A DNA stretch of 64,000 nt from Pseudomonadota bacterium (GCA_040388905.1 JAZKAY010000002.1:188054-252053), one strand, 5' to 3'; counted from the stretch's first letter, positions 18,418 through 28,438 are shown. The notes: a model not told the origin generated them from the sequence alone. Translations and numbers: made by a program.

Positions 18418-19935
18418 ATGAGTGCATCACCCACGGCCATTGGCCATTACATCAATGGCCGCGCAGTCGCCGGCACCTCCGCCCGTAGCCAGGATGTTTT
18501 TAACCCGGCCACCGGCGCTGTCACCGGTCAGGTAGCGCTGGCAGGCCTGAAAGATGTGGATGCCGCTGTTGCAGCCGCGCAGGCTGCGTTTCCCGCCTGG
18601 AGCGACCTGCCACCACTGCGCCGTGCGCGTGTGATGTTCAGGTTCCTCGAACTGCTTAATGCCAACAAGGACAAGCTGGCCCACATGATCACGGCCGAGC
18701 ACGGCAAGGTGTTCACCGATGCGCAGGGCGAGGTTGCCCGTGGCATCGACATCGTTGAATTTGCCTGCGGCATCCCGCAGTTGCTCAAGGGCGACTTCAC
18801 CGACCAGGTCTCCACCGGCATTGACAACTGGACAATCCGCCAGGCTTTGGGCGTGGTCGCTGGCATCACGCCATTCAATTTCCCGGTCATGGTGCCCATG
18901 TGGATGTTCCCGGTCGCCATTGCGGCGGGCAACACCTTTGTTCTCAAGCCCAGCCCGATTGACCCCAGCCCCAGCCTGTTCATGGGTGAGCTGCTCAAGC
19001 AGGCAGGTCTGCCCGACGGCGTTTACAACGTGGTGCAGGGCGACAAGGAGGCCGTTGATGCCCTGCTGGTGCACCCGGATGTGAAGGCCGTGTCCTTTGT
19101 CGGCTCCACGCCGATTGCCAACTACATCTACGAAACCGGTGCGCATCACGGCAAGCGTGTGCAGGCGCTGGGCGGTGCCAAGAACCACATGGTTGTCATG
19201 CCGGATGCCGACCTTGAGCAGGCTGTCGACGCACTGATAGGCGCAGGTTACGGCTCGGCCGGTGAACGCTGCATGGCGATTTCCGTGGCCGTGCTGGTGG
19301 GCGATGTGGGCGACAGGCTGATTCCCATGCTCGAGGCGCGCGCCAAAACGCTGGTGATCAAGAACGGCACCCATCTCGATGCCGAGATGGGTCCCATCGT
19401 CACGTCGATTGCGCACAAACGCATCACCGGCTACATCGACATCGGCGTGGCAGAAGGTGCAAAGCTGCTGGTGGACGGCCGAAAATTCACAGGCGCCGAC
19501 GCGGGTGAAGGCTGCGGTAATGGCTTCTGGATGGGCGGCACGCTGTTTGACCACGTCACGCCCGACATGCGCATTTACAAGGAAGAAATCTTCGGCCCGG
19601 TGCTGGGCTGCGTGCGTGTGAAGGACTTTGCAGAAGCCGTGAACCTCATCAACGCCCATGAATTTGGCAATGGCGTGAGCTGCTTCACGCGTGACGGCCA
19701 CATTGCGCGCGAGTTCTCGCGTCGTATCCAGGTCGGTATGGTTGGCATCAATGTGCCGATTCCCGTGCCCATGGCCTGGCACGGTTTTGGCGGCTGGAAG
19801 AAGAGCCTGTTTGGCGACATGCATGCCTATGGCGAAGAAGGCGTGCGCTTTTATACAAAGCAGAAGTCCATCATGCAGCGCTGGCCTGAAAGCATTGGCA
19901 AGGGGGCTGAGTTTGTGATGCCAACCGCGAAATAA
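18418..19935 (+). CDS. mmsA: CoA-acylating methylmalonate-semialdehyde dehydrogenase
   Basis: ORF 18304-19935, start moved to ATG 18418 ([15 protein letters not shown]...). ALDH motifs are present ([26 protein letters not shown]). The length and C-terminus are typical of MmsA. Confidence 0.9.
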   Translation: MSASPTAIGHYINGRAVAGTSARSQDVFNPATGAVTGQVALAGLKDVDAAVAAAQAAFPAWSDLPPLRRARVMFRFLELLNANKDKLAHMITAEHGKVFTDAQGEVARGIDIVEFACGIPQLLKGDFTDQVSTGIDNWTIRQALGVVAGITPFNFPVMVPMWMFPVAIAAGNTFVLKPSPIDPSPSLFMGELLKQAGLPDGVYNVVQGDKEAVDALLVHPDVKAVSFVGSTPIANYIYETGAHHGKRVQALGGAKNHMVVMPDADLEQAVDALIGAGYGSAGERCMAISVAVLVGDVGDRLIPMLEARAKTLVIKNGTHLDAEMGPIVTSIAHKRITGYIDIGVAEGAKLLVDGRKFTGADAGEGCGNGFWMGGTLFDHVTPDMRIYKEEIFGPVLGCVRVKDFAEAVNLINAHEFGNGVSCFTRDGHIAREFSRRIQVGMVGINVPIPVPMAWHGFGGWKKSLFGDMHAYGEEGVRFYTKQKSIMQRWPESIGKGAEFVMPTAK

Positions 19936-20210
19936 GGCCCCCACGTTCGCTCACTGCGTGTAGCTCTCTGCCCCCCGAGGGGGCGCTGCTCCTGCGGCCC
20001 GGCTGGGCCGGTTCCGCGGACCCTGCTTGCCTTGGGAAGCACTATCGCTCGTGTCTGGTGCTCTAGGTGTGCATGACTATTTGCCTTAAAACTAAGGCAT
20101 ACCCCGCCAAAAGCGTTAAAAAAGTCATGTAAGCTTCGCGACAGCTGCAAATTGGCCGCATGCGCCCATGCTGCAGACCACTCAATAACTAATGCACAGA
20201 GGAGAGACCC

Positions 20211-21326
20211 ATGCTGATTGGGGTACCTGCCGAAATTACTGACGGCGAAACACGCGTCGCTGTCACGCCTGAAACCGCAAAAAAGCTCAAAAGCCAGGGC
20301 CACACGGTTCGTGTGCAGTCTGGTGCCGGTGTGGCGGCCAGTGTTCCTGATGAGGCCTACACGGCAGTGGGCGCAGAGATCACCGATGCAGCCGGTGCCT
20401 ACGCCGCCGACATCGTGCTCAAGGTGCGCTGCCCGCTGGACAGCGAAGTGGCCCATGCCAAAGCCGGCGGCGTCATCGTCGGCATGATGAACCCGTTTGA
20501 CGCCACCGGCCTTCAGCGTCTGGCCGCTGCGCAACTCACCTCTTTCTCCCTAGAAGCCGCTCCCCGGACCAGCCGCGCGCAGAGCATGGATGTGCTGTCG
20601 TCGCAGGCCAACATCGCCGGTTACAAGGCCGTGATGATGGCCGCCGAAAAATACCAGCGCTTCTTCCCCATGCTGATGACGGCTGCCGGTACGGTGAAAG
20701 CCGCACGCGTGGTCATTCTGGGCGTCGGCGTTGCCGGCCTGCAGGCGATTGCAACCGCCAAGCGCCTGGGTGCCGTGATTGAAGCCAGCGATGTGCGCCC
20801 CAGCGTGAAAGAGCAGGTCGAATCCCTGGGCGGCAAGTTCATTGACGTCCCTTATGAAACCGACGAAGAGCGCGAAGCCGCAGTCGGCGTTGGCGGTTAC
20901 GCCAAACCCATGCCCCCGAGCTGGCTGGAGCGCCAGAAGGCTGAAGTCGCCAAGCGTGTCGCGCAGGCAGACATCGTGATCACCACCGCACTCATCCCCG
21001 GCCGCGCCGCGCCCGTGCTGGTCACTGAAGACATGGTCAAGGCCATGAAGCCCGGCAGCGTGATTGTTGACCTGGCCGCGCCCCAAGGCGGCAATTGCCC
21101 GCTGACCGAGCCCGGCAAGACTGTGGTCAAGCACGGCGTGACCCTGATTGGCGAGACCAACGTGCCGGCACTGGTCGCCGCCGATGCCAGCGCGCTGTAT
21201 GCACGCAACCTGCTTGACTTTCTGAAGCTCATCATCACCAAAGAGGGTGCGCTCAACATCGACATGGCCGACGACATCGTGGCTGCCTGCCTGATGACGC
21301 AGGGCGGCGAAGTCAAGCGCAAATAA
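20211..21326 (+). CDS. pntAA: NAD(P) transhydrogenase subunit alpha part 1
   Basis: MLIGVPAEITDGETRVAVTPETAKKL...; Rossmann motif VVILGVGVAGLQAIATAKRLGA; GGAGAG upstream. Confidence 0.93.
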   Translation: MLIGVPAEITDGETRVAVTPETAKKLKSQGHTVRVQSGAGVAASVPDEAYTAVGAEITDAAGAYAADIVLKVRCPLDSEVAHAKAGGVIVGMMNPFDATGLQRLAAAQLTSFSLEAAPRTSRAQSMDVLSSQANIAGYKAVMMAAEKYQRFFPMLMTAAGTVKAARVVILGVGVAGLQAIATAKRLGAVIEASDVRPSVKEQVESLGGKFIDVPYETDEEREAAVGVGGYAKPMPPSWLERQKAEVAKRVAQADIVITTALIPGRAAPVLVTEDMVKAMKPGSVIVDLAAPQGGNCPLTEPGKTVVKHGVTLIGETNVPALVAADASALYARNLLDFLKLIITKEGALNIDMADDIVAACLMTQGGEVKRK

Positions 21327-21355
21327 GACGGTAAAGAAGACAAGAAGGAATCGAC

Positions 21356-21688
21356 ATGGAAGTCTCACACACCATCACCAACCTCATCATCTTTGTGCTG
21401 GCCATCTATGTTGGCTATCACGTGGTCTGGACTGTGACCCCCGCACTGCACACGCCGCTGATGGCGGTGACCAATGCGATCTCGGCCATCGTCATCGTCG
21501 GCGCCATGCTGGCTGCTGCATTGACGGAAACCCCCCTCGGCAAAACCATGGGCTGGCTGGCGGTTGCGCTGGCTGCCGTCAATGTATTCGGCGGCTTTCT
21601 CGTCACAAGGCGAATGCTGGAGATGTTCCGAAAGAAAGAAAAGAAGGCGCCCGCCGCCGATGCAGCTGGATCGGGAGCAGCGAAATGA
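21356..21688 (+). CDS. pntAB: NAD(P) transhydrogenase subunit alpha part 2 (membrane)
   Basis: 110-aa, three-TM protein between pntAA and pntB; 4-nt overlap with pntB. Confidence 0.88.
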   Translation: MEVSHTITNLIIFVLAIYVGYHVVWTVTPALHTPLMAVTNAISAIVIVGAMLAAALTETPLGKTMGWLAVALAAVNVFGGFLVTRRMLEMFRKKEKKAPAADAAGSGAAK

Positions 21689-23109
21689 GCATGAACCTCG
21701 TCACGCTGTTGTACCTCGTCGCCTCGGTGTTTTTCATCCAGGCGCTCAAGGGCCTGTCGCACCCGACCACCTCCATTCGCGGCAACCTGTTCGGCATGGC
21801 CGGCATGACGATTGCCGTTGTCACCACGGGTGCACTCATCATCCAGCTGTCAGGCGGCAAGGGCATGGGCATGGCCTATGTGCTGAGCGCGCTGGTTGTG
21901 GGCGGTGCGGCCGGCACGCTGATGGCGAATCGGGTCGAAATGACCAAGATGCCGGAGCTGGTCGCTTTCATGCACAGCATGATCGGCCTGGCTGCGGTGT
22001 TTATCGCTGTCGCTGCAGTGGCAGAGCCTTACGCTTTCGGCATTGCCATCAAGGGTGACCCGATTCCTGCGGGCAACCGGCTTGAACTCTTCCTGGGTGC
22101 TGCCATCGGCGCCATCACTTTCAGCGGCTCGGTGATTGCCTTCGGCAAGCTCAGCGGCAAATACAAGTTCCGCCTGTTCCAGGGTGCGCCTGTCACGTTC
22201 TCAGGTCAGCACATGCTGAACCTGGTGCTGGGGTTGGTCACCATCGGCCTGGGCCTGGTGTTTACCGCTACTGGCAACTGGACGGCCTTCTTCGCCATGC
22301 TGGCACTGAGCTTTGTGATGGGCGTGCTCATCATCATCCCGATTGGCGGTGCCGACATGCCCGTGGTGGTGTCCATGCTCAACAGCTACTCGGGCTGGGC
22401 CGCAGCGGGCATCGGTTTCTCGCTTAACAACGCGATGCTGATCATTGCCGGCTCGCTGGTCGGCTCGTCGGGTGCCATCCTCTCGTACATCATGTGCAAG
22501 GCGATGAACCGTTCATTCTTTAACGTGATTTTGGGCGGTTTCGGCGGCGAAGCCGGCACGGCAGCCACGGGCGCCAAAGAGCAGCGCCCGGTCAAGTCGG
22601 GTTCTGCCGACGACGCGGCTTTCATTCTGGGCAACGCCGAAACCGTGATCATCGTGCCGGGCTATGGTCTGGCAGTTGCCCGCGCACAGCACTCGGTGAA
22701 AGAACTGGCGCAAAAGCTGATCGACAAGGGCATCACGGTCAAGTACGCGATTCACCCTGTCGCAGGCCGCATGCCCGGCCACATGAACGTGTTGCTGGCC
22801 GAGGCCGAAGTGCCTTACGACCAGGTGCATGAGATGGAAGACATCAACGCCGAGTTCGGCCAGGCCGATGTGGCCATCATTCTGGGCGCCAATGATGTGG
22901 TGAACCCCGCAGCCCACGTCAAGGGCAGCGCGATCTACGGCATGCCGATTCTTGAGGCTTACAAGGCCAAGACCGTCATCGTGAACAAACGTTCGATGGC
23001 GGCGGGTTATGCAGGCCTGGACAATGAGCTCTTCTATATGGACAAGACCATGATGGTTTTCGGCGACGCCAAAAAAGTCATTGAGGACATGGGTAAAGCC
23101 ATAGAGTGA
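21685..23109 (+). CDS. pntB: NAD(P) transhydrogenase subunit beta
   Basis: 474 aa. The N-terminus is polytopic and the C-terminus is the dIII NADP(H) domain (IIVPGYGLAVARAQH, HPVAGRMPGHMNVLLAEA). Confidence 0.93.
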   Translation: MSMNLVTLLYLVASVFFIQALKGLSHPTTSIRGNLFGMAGMTIAVVTTGALIIQLSGGKGMGMAYVLSALVVGGAAGTLMANRVEMTKMPELVAFMHSMIGLAAVFIAVAAVAEPYAFGIAIKGDPIPAGNRLELFLGAAIGAITFSGSVIAFGKLSGKYKFRLFQGAPVTFSGQHMLNLVLGLVTIGLGLVFTATGNWTAFFAMLALSFVMGVLIIIPIGGADMPVVVSMLNSYSGWAAAGIGFSLNNAMLIIAGSLVGSSGAILSYIMCKAMNRSFFNVILGGFGGEAGTAATGAKEQRPVKSGSADDAAFILGNAETVIIVPGYGLAVARAQHSVKELAQKLIDKGITVKYAIHPVAGRMPGHMNVLLAEAEVPYDQVHEMEDINAEFGQADVAIILGANDVVNPAAHVKGSAIYGMPILEAYKAKTVIVNKRSMAAGYAGLDNELFYMDKTMMVFGDAKKVIEDMGKAIE

Positions 23110-23256
23110 CTTTGGAATAACCTGAAATTAATTGCGGGAATTATTAGAGGGCTTCCCCTCCGTATTCCCTGTATTTCCTAGGGAAAACGCAATAGCCCCG
23201 CAGAGGGCGCGCCGTCAAAATGGGCGGCAGTCAACACAGGAATGGAGAAGACAAAC

Positions 23257-24945
23257 ATGAATGCAGCAACGCAGGAGCGCCCCTGGCTCAAGGCCTACCC
23301 ACCCGGAGTTCCTTCGGACATAGACGCATCGCAGTATTCGTCGCTCGTGGGGCTGATGGAAGAAAGCTTCAAGAAGAACGGCGCGAAGGTCGCCTACAGC
23401 TTCATGGGCAAGGACGTGACCTTCGGGCAGACCGACAGCCTGTCGATTGCATTTGGTGCCTACCTGCAAAGCCTGGGCCTCGCCAAGGGCGACCGCATCG
23501 CCATCATGATGCCCAACGTGCCGCAGTACCCCATCACGGTGGCCGCGATATTGCGCGCGGGCTATGTGGTGGTCAACGTCAACCCGCTCTACACGCCGCG
23601 TGAGCTTGAGCACCAGCTCAAGGACTCCGGTTCCAAAGCCATCGTCATCATCGAGAACTTCGCCAATACGCTTGAGCAGTGCATTGCGGCCACGCCGGTC
23701 AAGCATGTGGTGCTCTGCGCCATGGGCGACCAGCTGGGTGTGCTCAAGGGCGCGCTGGTCAACTACGTGGTGCGCAACGTCAAGAAGATGGTGCCGGCTT
23801 TCAACCTGCCGGGTGCTGTGCGTTTTAACGATGCCGTCGCGCGTGGTACGCGCCTGACGCTCAAGCGCCCCGACATCAAGCCTGATGATGTGGCTGTGCT
23901 GCAGTACACCGGCGGCACTACCGGCGTTTCAAAAGGCGCCGTGCTGCTGCACCGCAATGTGATTGCCAATGTGCTGCAGTCCGAAGCCTGGAACGGCCCG
24001 GCCATGGCCACCATGGAGGCCGGTGTGCAGCCGGTTTATGTGTGCGCGCTGCCGCTGTATCACATCTTCGCTTTCACGGTGAACATGATGCTGGGCATGC
24101 GCACCGGCGGCAAGAACATCCTGATCCCGAATCCGCGTGACTTGCCGGCTGTACTGAAGGAGCTGGCCAAACACAAGATCCACAGCTTCCCGGCGGTCAA
24201 CACGCTGTTCAACGGCCTGGCCAACCACCCGGACTTCAACACCGTTGACTGGTCGCACCTCAAGGTGTCCCTGGGTGGCGGCATGGCCGTGACCGGCGCA
24301 GTGGCCAAGCTGTGGCTGGAGAAAACCGGCTGCCCGATTTGTGAAGGTTATGGCCTGTCTGAAACCTCGCCATCGGCCAGCTGCAACCCGACCAACAGCA
24401 AGGCCTTCACCGGAACGATTGGTGTGCCGATTCCCGGCACGTACTTCAAGCTGCTTGACGACGATGGCAATGAGGTCGGCCCCGGCCAGCCCGGCGAGAT
24501 CGCCATCAAGGGCCCGCAGGTCATGGCCGGTTACTGGCAGCGCCCTGACGAGACCGCCAAGGTCATGACGCCCGACGGCTACTTTAAGTCCGGCGACATC
24601 GGCGTGCTCGAAGACAACGGTTTTTTCAGGATTGTTGACCGCAAGAAAGACATGATTCTTGTCAGCGGCTTCAACGTCTACCCGAACGAGATTGAAGACG
24701 TGGTCGGCCGCATGGAAGGCGTGATGGAATGCGCCTGCGTCGGCGTGGCGGATGAAAAATCAGGCGAGGCTGTCAAGCTGGTCATCGTCAAGAAGAACCC
24801 GGACCTGACCGAAGCCCAGGTACGCGAATACTGCAAGACCAACCTCACCGGCTACAAGCAGCCCAAGGTGGTTGAGTTCCGCGCCGACCTTCCCAAGACG
24901 CCGGTCGGCAAGATCTTGCGCCGCGAGTTACGCGACAAGAAATAA
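23257..24945 (+). CDS. fadD: long-chain fatty acid--CoA ligase
   Basis: AMP-binding motifs (LQYTGGTTGVSKGA, GYGLSETSP, SGDIG, DRKKDMILVSGFNVYP). GGAG lies 9 nt before ATG 23257; ATG 23242 is an alternative start. Confidence 0.9.
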   Translation: MNAATQERPWLKAYPPGVPSDIDASQYSSLVGLMEESFKKNGAKVAYSFMGKDVTFGQTDSLSIAFGAYLQSLGLAKGDRIAIMMPNVPQYPITVAAILRAGYVVVNVNPLYTPRELEHQLKDSGSKAIVIIENFANTLEQCIAATPVKHVVLCAMGDQLGVLKGALVNYVVRNVKKMVPAFNLPGAVRFNDAVARGTRLTLKRPDIKPDDVAVLQYTGGTTGVSKGAVLLHRNVIANVLQSEAWNGPAMATMEAGVQPVYVCALPLYHIFAFTVNMMLGMRTGGKNILIPNPRDLPAVLKELAKHKIHSFPAVNTLFNGLANHPDFNTVDWSHLKVSLGGGMAVTGAVAKLWLEKTGCPICEGYGLSETSPSASCNPTNSKAFTGTIGVPIPGTYFKLLDDDGNEVGPGQPGEIAIKGPQVMAGYWQRPDETAKVMTPDGYFKSGDIGVLEDNGFFRIVDRKKDMILVSGFNVYPNEIEDVVGRMEGVMECACVGVADEKSGEAVKLVIVKKNPDLTEAQVREYCKTNLTGYKQPKVVEFRADLPKTPVGKILRRELRDKK

Positions 24946-24983
24946 GCATCAAGTTTTAATGGGGCCCGCAAGGGTTTTCTGAC

Positions 24984-25010
24984 AAAGGCGGCGCAAGCTG
25001 CCTTTTTTTT
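24984..25010 (+). terminator. Rho-independent terminator of fadD
   Basis: AAAGGCGGC-GCAA-GCTGCCTTT: a 9-bp stem (one G-U pair) with a GCAA tetraloop, running into a T8 tract. Confidence 0.85.
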
Positions 25011-25059
25011 CGCCATCCAACTCTCCGTGCCGTGGGCCGGCAACAGGCAAAATCCGTTG

Positions 25060-25830
25060 ATGACTTCCACACCCTCCATCACCGCCATCCTGAGCGCCCT
25101 GCAAGAAGAGCAGCAAGGCCTGATAGACCTGCTGCACAAGCCCCAGAAGACAGTTCATGCCGGGCGTGATTTCTGGCACGGCGAGTTGCACGGCCAGCCG
25201 GTGGTGCTGGTGCTGTCGCGCATCGGCAAGGTGGCCGCTGCGACCACCGCGACCGCGCTGATCGAGCGCTTCAAGGTCAGCCGCATCGTGTTTACCGGCG
25301 TTGCCGGTGGCCTGGGCCACGGCGTGAAGGTCGGCGATGTGGTGGTGGCCGAGGATTTTGTGCAGCACGACATGGATTCGTCACCGCTGTTTCCGCGCTA
25401 CGAGATCCCGCTTTATGGCCAGACGCGCTTCAAGGCCGACCCCGCGTTGACGGGTTTGCTGCTGCAGGCGGCGAATTCGGCTTTCAAACACATCAACGAT
25501 GGTGAAACGCCCTGGGCCTTTCCGGATGCAAAGGTGCACCACGGCCTGATGGCCAGCGGCGACCGGTTTGTGTCCGGCGCGCAGGAGGCGCATGACCTGC
25601 AGCATGCACTGCAGGCGGCGGGCCACCCGGTGCTGGCGGTCGAGATGGAGGGCGCAGCCATCGCGCAGGTGGCGCTGGACTACGGCCTGCCGTTTGCAGC
25701 GGTGCGGACGATTTCTGACCGGGCCGACGACCAGGCGCATGTGGATTTCCCGGCTTTTGTGCGTGATGTGGCCAGCTACTACGCGCGTGCCGTGGTCGAG
25801 AAGTTTCTCGAGTTGCTACCAAAAAAATAG
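25060..25830 (+). CDS. mtnN: 5'-methylthioadenosine/S-adenosylhomocysteine nucleosidase
   Basis: VLSRIGKVAAATTATALIERF...FTGVAGGL...VEMEGAAIAQV...RTISDRAD. The start is uncertain (GTG 25027 or ATG 25060). Confidence 0.88.
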   Translation: MTSTPSITAILSALQEEQQGLIDLLHKPQKTVHAGRDFWHGELHGQPVVLVLSRIGKVAAATTATALIERFKVSRIVFTGVAGGLGHGVKVGDVVVAEDFVQHDMDSSPLFPRYEIPLYGQTRFKADPALTGLLLQAANSAFKHINDGETPWAFPDAKVHHGLMASGDRFVSGAQEAHDLQHALQAAGHPVLAVEMEGAAIAQVALDYGLPFAAVRTISDRADDQAHVDFPAFVRDVASYYARAVVEKFLELLPKK

Positions 25831-25906
25831 CTGGTCACGCACGTATTTATTGGCCTGCAGCCGTTTTCATGCCTGAAAATGGCACTTTTTGAGGCTTTTC
25901 AGGCCT
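25828..25906 (+). repeat. intergenic repeat family, copy A (core module)
   Basis: TAGCTGGTCACGCACGTATTTATTGGCCTGCAGCC...GCCTGAAAATGGCAC...TTTTCAGGCC aligns with copies at 28639 and 63059, all in the same orientation. Confidence 0.8.
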
Positions 25907-25940
25907 TATTCGGCCGATTCTTGATGCTGCTGAGATGTCT

Positions 25941-25972
25941 AAAACAGCTAATTTGGCTAAATTAGCTGTTTT
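25941..25972. terminator. A/T-flanked hairpin, bidirectional terminator between mtnN and corA
   Basis: AAAACAGCTAATTT-GGCT-AAATTAGCTGTTTT: perfect 14-bp arms. It sits 4 nt past the corA stop, and T-runs follow on both strands. Confidence 0.6.
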
Positions 25973-25976
25973 TGCC

Positions 25977-26963
25977 TTATTTCAGCCAGCCGCGCTTGCG
26001 GAAGTAATACATCGGCACCACCGCACTCGCCACCATCAGCGCCAGTGCGTATGGGTAGCCCAGCGCCCAGTCCAGCTCCGGCATCCACTTGAAGTTCATG
26101 CCGTAAACGCTGGCGATCAGGGTGGGCGGCAGCAGGGCCACGCTGGCCACCGAGAAGATCTTGATGATCTTGTTCTGGTTGATGTTGATGAAACCGACCG
26201 TTGCGTCCATCAAGAAGTTGATCTTGTCGAAGAGGAAGGCCGTGTGCGAATCCAGCGAGTCGATGTCGCGCAGGATCTGCCGCGCCTCCTCAAACTGCTC
26301 TGAATTGAGCATCTTGCTGCGCATCATGAAGCTGACCGCGCGGCGCGTGTCCATCACGTTGCGGCGTATGCGGCCGTTCAAATCCTCGTGGCGGGCAATC
26401 GCGCCCAGCACTTCGCCGGCCAGGGCGTCGGTCACGTCGCCTGACAGCACCTTGGTGCTGACTTTTTCGAGTTCGACGTAGATGTTCTCCAGCGTGTCGG
26501 CTGAATACTCGGCGTCGGCATCAAACAGTTTGAGCAGCACTTCCTTGGCGTCTTCAAGCAGCCCCGGCGCGCGGCGGGCACGCATGCGCAGCAGCCGGAA
26601 CACCGGGACGTCTTCATCATGGATGGAAAACAGCACGCCCTTGCTTTTGAGGTCGTCATTGACCAGGTTCAGGATGAACGCGACGCGCACCGTGCGGGGC
26701 TCGTCCTCGTCGGCGATCAGGAAGTCGGAACGGATATGCAGTTCGCCGTTGTCTTCTTCGTAAAAACGTGCGGACTCCTCGATGTCCTCGTCCATCGCGT
26801 CTTCCGGGATGGACAGGCCGTAATACTGCTTGATCCAGCGCTTTTCTTCGAGGGTGGGGGACTCCAGGTCGACCCAGATCGGCTGGAACTTGGAGAGCTC
26901 TTCAAGCGACTCGATTTCTTCCTGAAAGAGCCGCCCGTTGGCGAGGGTGAAAATATTGAGCAT
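25977..26963 (-). CDS. corA: magnesium/cobalt transporter CorA
   Basis: 328 aa, with two C-terminal TM segments carrying the YGMNF signature (ASVYGMNFKWMPEL). Confidence 0.92.
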   Translation of the reverse strand: MLNIFTLANGRLFQEEIESLEELSKFQPIWVDLESPTLEEKRWIKQYYGLSIPEDAMDEDIEESARFYEEDNGELHIRSDFLIADEDEPRTVRVAFILNLVNDDLKSKGVLFSIHDEDVPVFRLLRMRARRAPGLLEDAKEVLLKLFDADAEYSADTLENIYVELEKVSTKVLSGDVTDALAGEVLGAIARHEDLNGRIRRNVMDTRRAVSFMMRSKMLNSEQFEEARQILRDIDSLDSHTAFLFDKINFLMDATVGFININQNKIIKIFSVASVALLPPTLIASVYGMNFKWMPELDWALGYPYALALMVASAVVPMYYFRKRGWLK

Positions 26964-27211
26964 GACCGACTGCCTTTGTTTTCAAGGTTATGCACCGGGC
27001 ACCGCATGACGGGCGCCGGGTGGCAGGAGGGTGGGGGTGAATGTGCATCGCTTTCAACCCCTCTCCATGACGGCGGCCTTGTCGCCTGTCTCGTCAGTCG
27101 GTGGTGCTGAAAGCTAGCAACTAGGGCTGCTTTCCAAGGATTTCTCCGTAGTGAATCTGCCGCGATTATGGCACCGCAGCCCTCATTTATCTACCTCAGG
27201 CCAGCCCTGCG

Positions 27212-28438
27212 TCAGCTCGCCGGGTAGCCAAAAAACGCCAGCAGCTCGGCCTTGCGGGCATAGGCGTCTTGCTCGCCCAGCGCCATCAGGGCCTTGACGA
27301 AGCCGGGCTCGAACAGCAGGTAACTGGCGAGTGCCGCGCCGCCCGGGCTGCCGCGGCTGCCGAGCGCGCCCAGGCCTTCAAGTGCGTGGTAAGTGGCAGC
27401 AGGCAGTTCGCTCGCGTGGGCCTGGGCCAGCGCGTCAAGCGACTGTGACGGCGCCATGGCCAGGATGTCGACCGCCCGGTAGGGCATCACGGCGGCGATC
27501 TCGCGCGGCAGCTCGCGCATGGTCTTGCTCACGCGCGTGGCCTGCTCCACATCGGCCTGAAGTGTGTCCTGGAAGACGCTGGCCATGGCGTGGCCGGCAA
27601 TCGCACCCAGTGTGGGGCGTACACCGGTGGCCGCGGCCTCGGTGCCGCCGAAACCGGCGCGCTCGGGCTGGCCCACGCCTATCACCATGATCCTGCTGGC
27701 GCCCAGGTGCAGGGCCGGCGAGAGCGGCGAACTCTGGCGCATGGATCCGTCGCCAAAATACTCGCGCCGGCCATCAACCCACAGCGGTGTGGACGGGAAT
27801 ATAAACGGCAGGGCGCTCGACGCCATCAGGTGCTCGATGGTGACGGGCTGGAACTCTGCGCGCCGGCCGGGGCGGCTCCACATGCCGTCGGGTTTTCCGC
27901 TCTCGGTCTGGCAAAACGTCCAGTGCACACCGCTGGTGTAGCTTGAAGCGGTCACCGCCAGCGCCTTGAGGGTTTTGTCGTTCAGCGCCTGCTCGATGTT
28001 GGCCAGCGAAATGGCCTTGTGCAGCGTATCCACCAGAGGCGTGTTGTTCAGGAAAGCCTGCTGCGCGCGAACCTGCTGCGAGAGGAAAAGCGCGGCTGCG
28101 ATGCGGCTGGAGCGTATCCAGGCCGGCACTTTGAGGTGGTAGACCTGTGAAGACCGCAGGCTTGACCAGAAGTCCGCCAGGTGCGCAAAGGCGTTCAGGC
28201 CTTCACTGGCGCGGCTGGCGAGAAAAGTGGCATTGAGGGCCCCGGCCGAGGTGCCGACCAGAATCCTGAAGGGGAAGGGTGGCGCGACCTCGCTGCCTGC
28301 CAGGCCCAGCATGCTGGCCAGGGCATGCAGTACACCCGCCTGGTAAGCGGTGCGCGCCCCGCCGCCCATCAGTACCAGCGCCGGGCAATCTTCGCCGCGC
28401 CTGACAAGTGCGGACGAAATGATGGTTTCAAGCGACAT
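27212..28438 (-). CDS. patatin-like phospholipase family protein
   Basis: ORF 27212-28615, start moved to ATG 28438 (MSLETIISS...). Oxyanion GGGARTAYQAG, nucleophile elbow GTSAGA, and a later DG(S/A) dyad Asp region. Confidence 0.85.
   Translation of the reverse strand: MSLETIISSALVRRGEDCPALVLMGGGARTAYQAGVLHALASMLGLAGSEVAPPFPFRILVGTSAGALNATFLASRASEGLNAFAHLADFWSSLRSSQVYHLKVPAWIRSSRIAAALFLSQQVRAQQAFLNNTPLVDTLHKAISLANIEQALNDKTLKALAVTASSYTSGVHWTFCQTESGKPDGMWSRPGRRAEFQPVTIEHLMASSALPFIFPSTPLWVDGRREYFGDGSMRQSSPLSPALHLGASRIMVIGVGQPERAGFGGTEAAATGVRPTLGAIAGHAMASVFQDTLQADVEQATRVSKTMRELPREIAAVMPYRAVDILAMAPSQSLDALAQAHASELPAATYHALEGLGALGSRGSPGGAALASYLLFEPGFVKALMALGEQDAYARKAELLAFFGYPAS

Noticed and set aside
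18427-19944. 505-aa ORF antisense to mmsA
   Set aside because: It has no recognisable protein motifs, and its Arg/Gly/His-rich composition is typical of the reverse frame of a high-GC gene. The sense frame encodes a full-length aldehyde dehydrogenase.
23110-23256. Small hairpin TTCCCT-N9-AGGGAA and AT-rich words upstream of fadD as a possible FadR/PsrA-type operator
   Set aside because: The stem is only 6 bp, it does not match any operator consensus I can recall, and there is no second copy. The support is insufficient.
27123-27183. Long-range hairpin (AGGGCTGC...GCAGCCCT) in the patatin-corA spacer, containing GCCAUAAUCGC on the corA-sense strand, which is reminiscent of the fluoride riboswitch core
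   Set aside because: The expected second hairpin and the pseudoknot partner (...CUGAUGAUUCCUAC-like 3' segment) are missing, and the gene context (corA) does not fit. It may simply be a patatin 3' stem or a corA leader structure, and there is not enough evidence to call a riboswitch.
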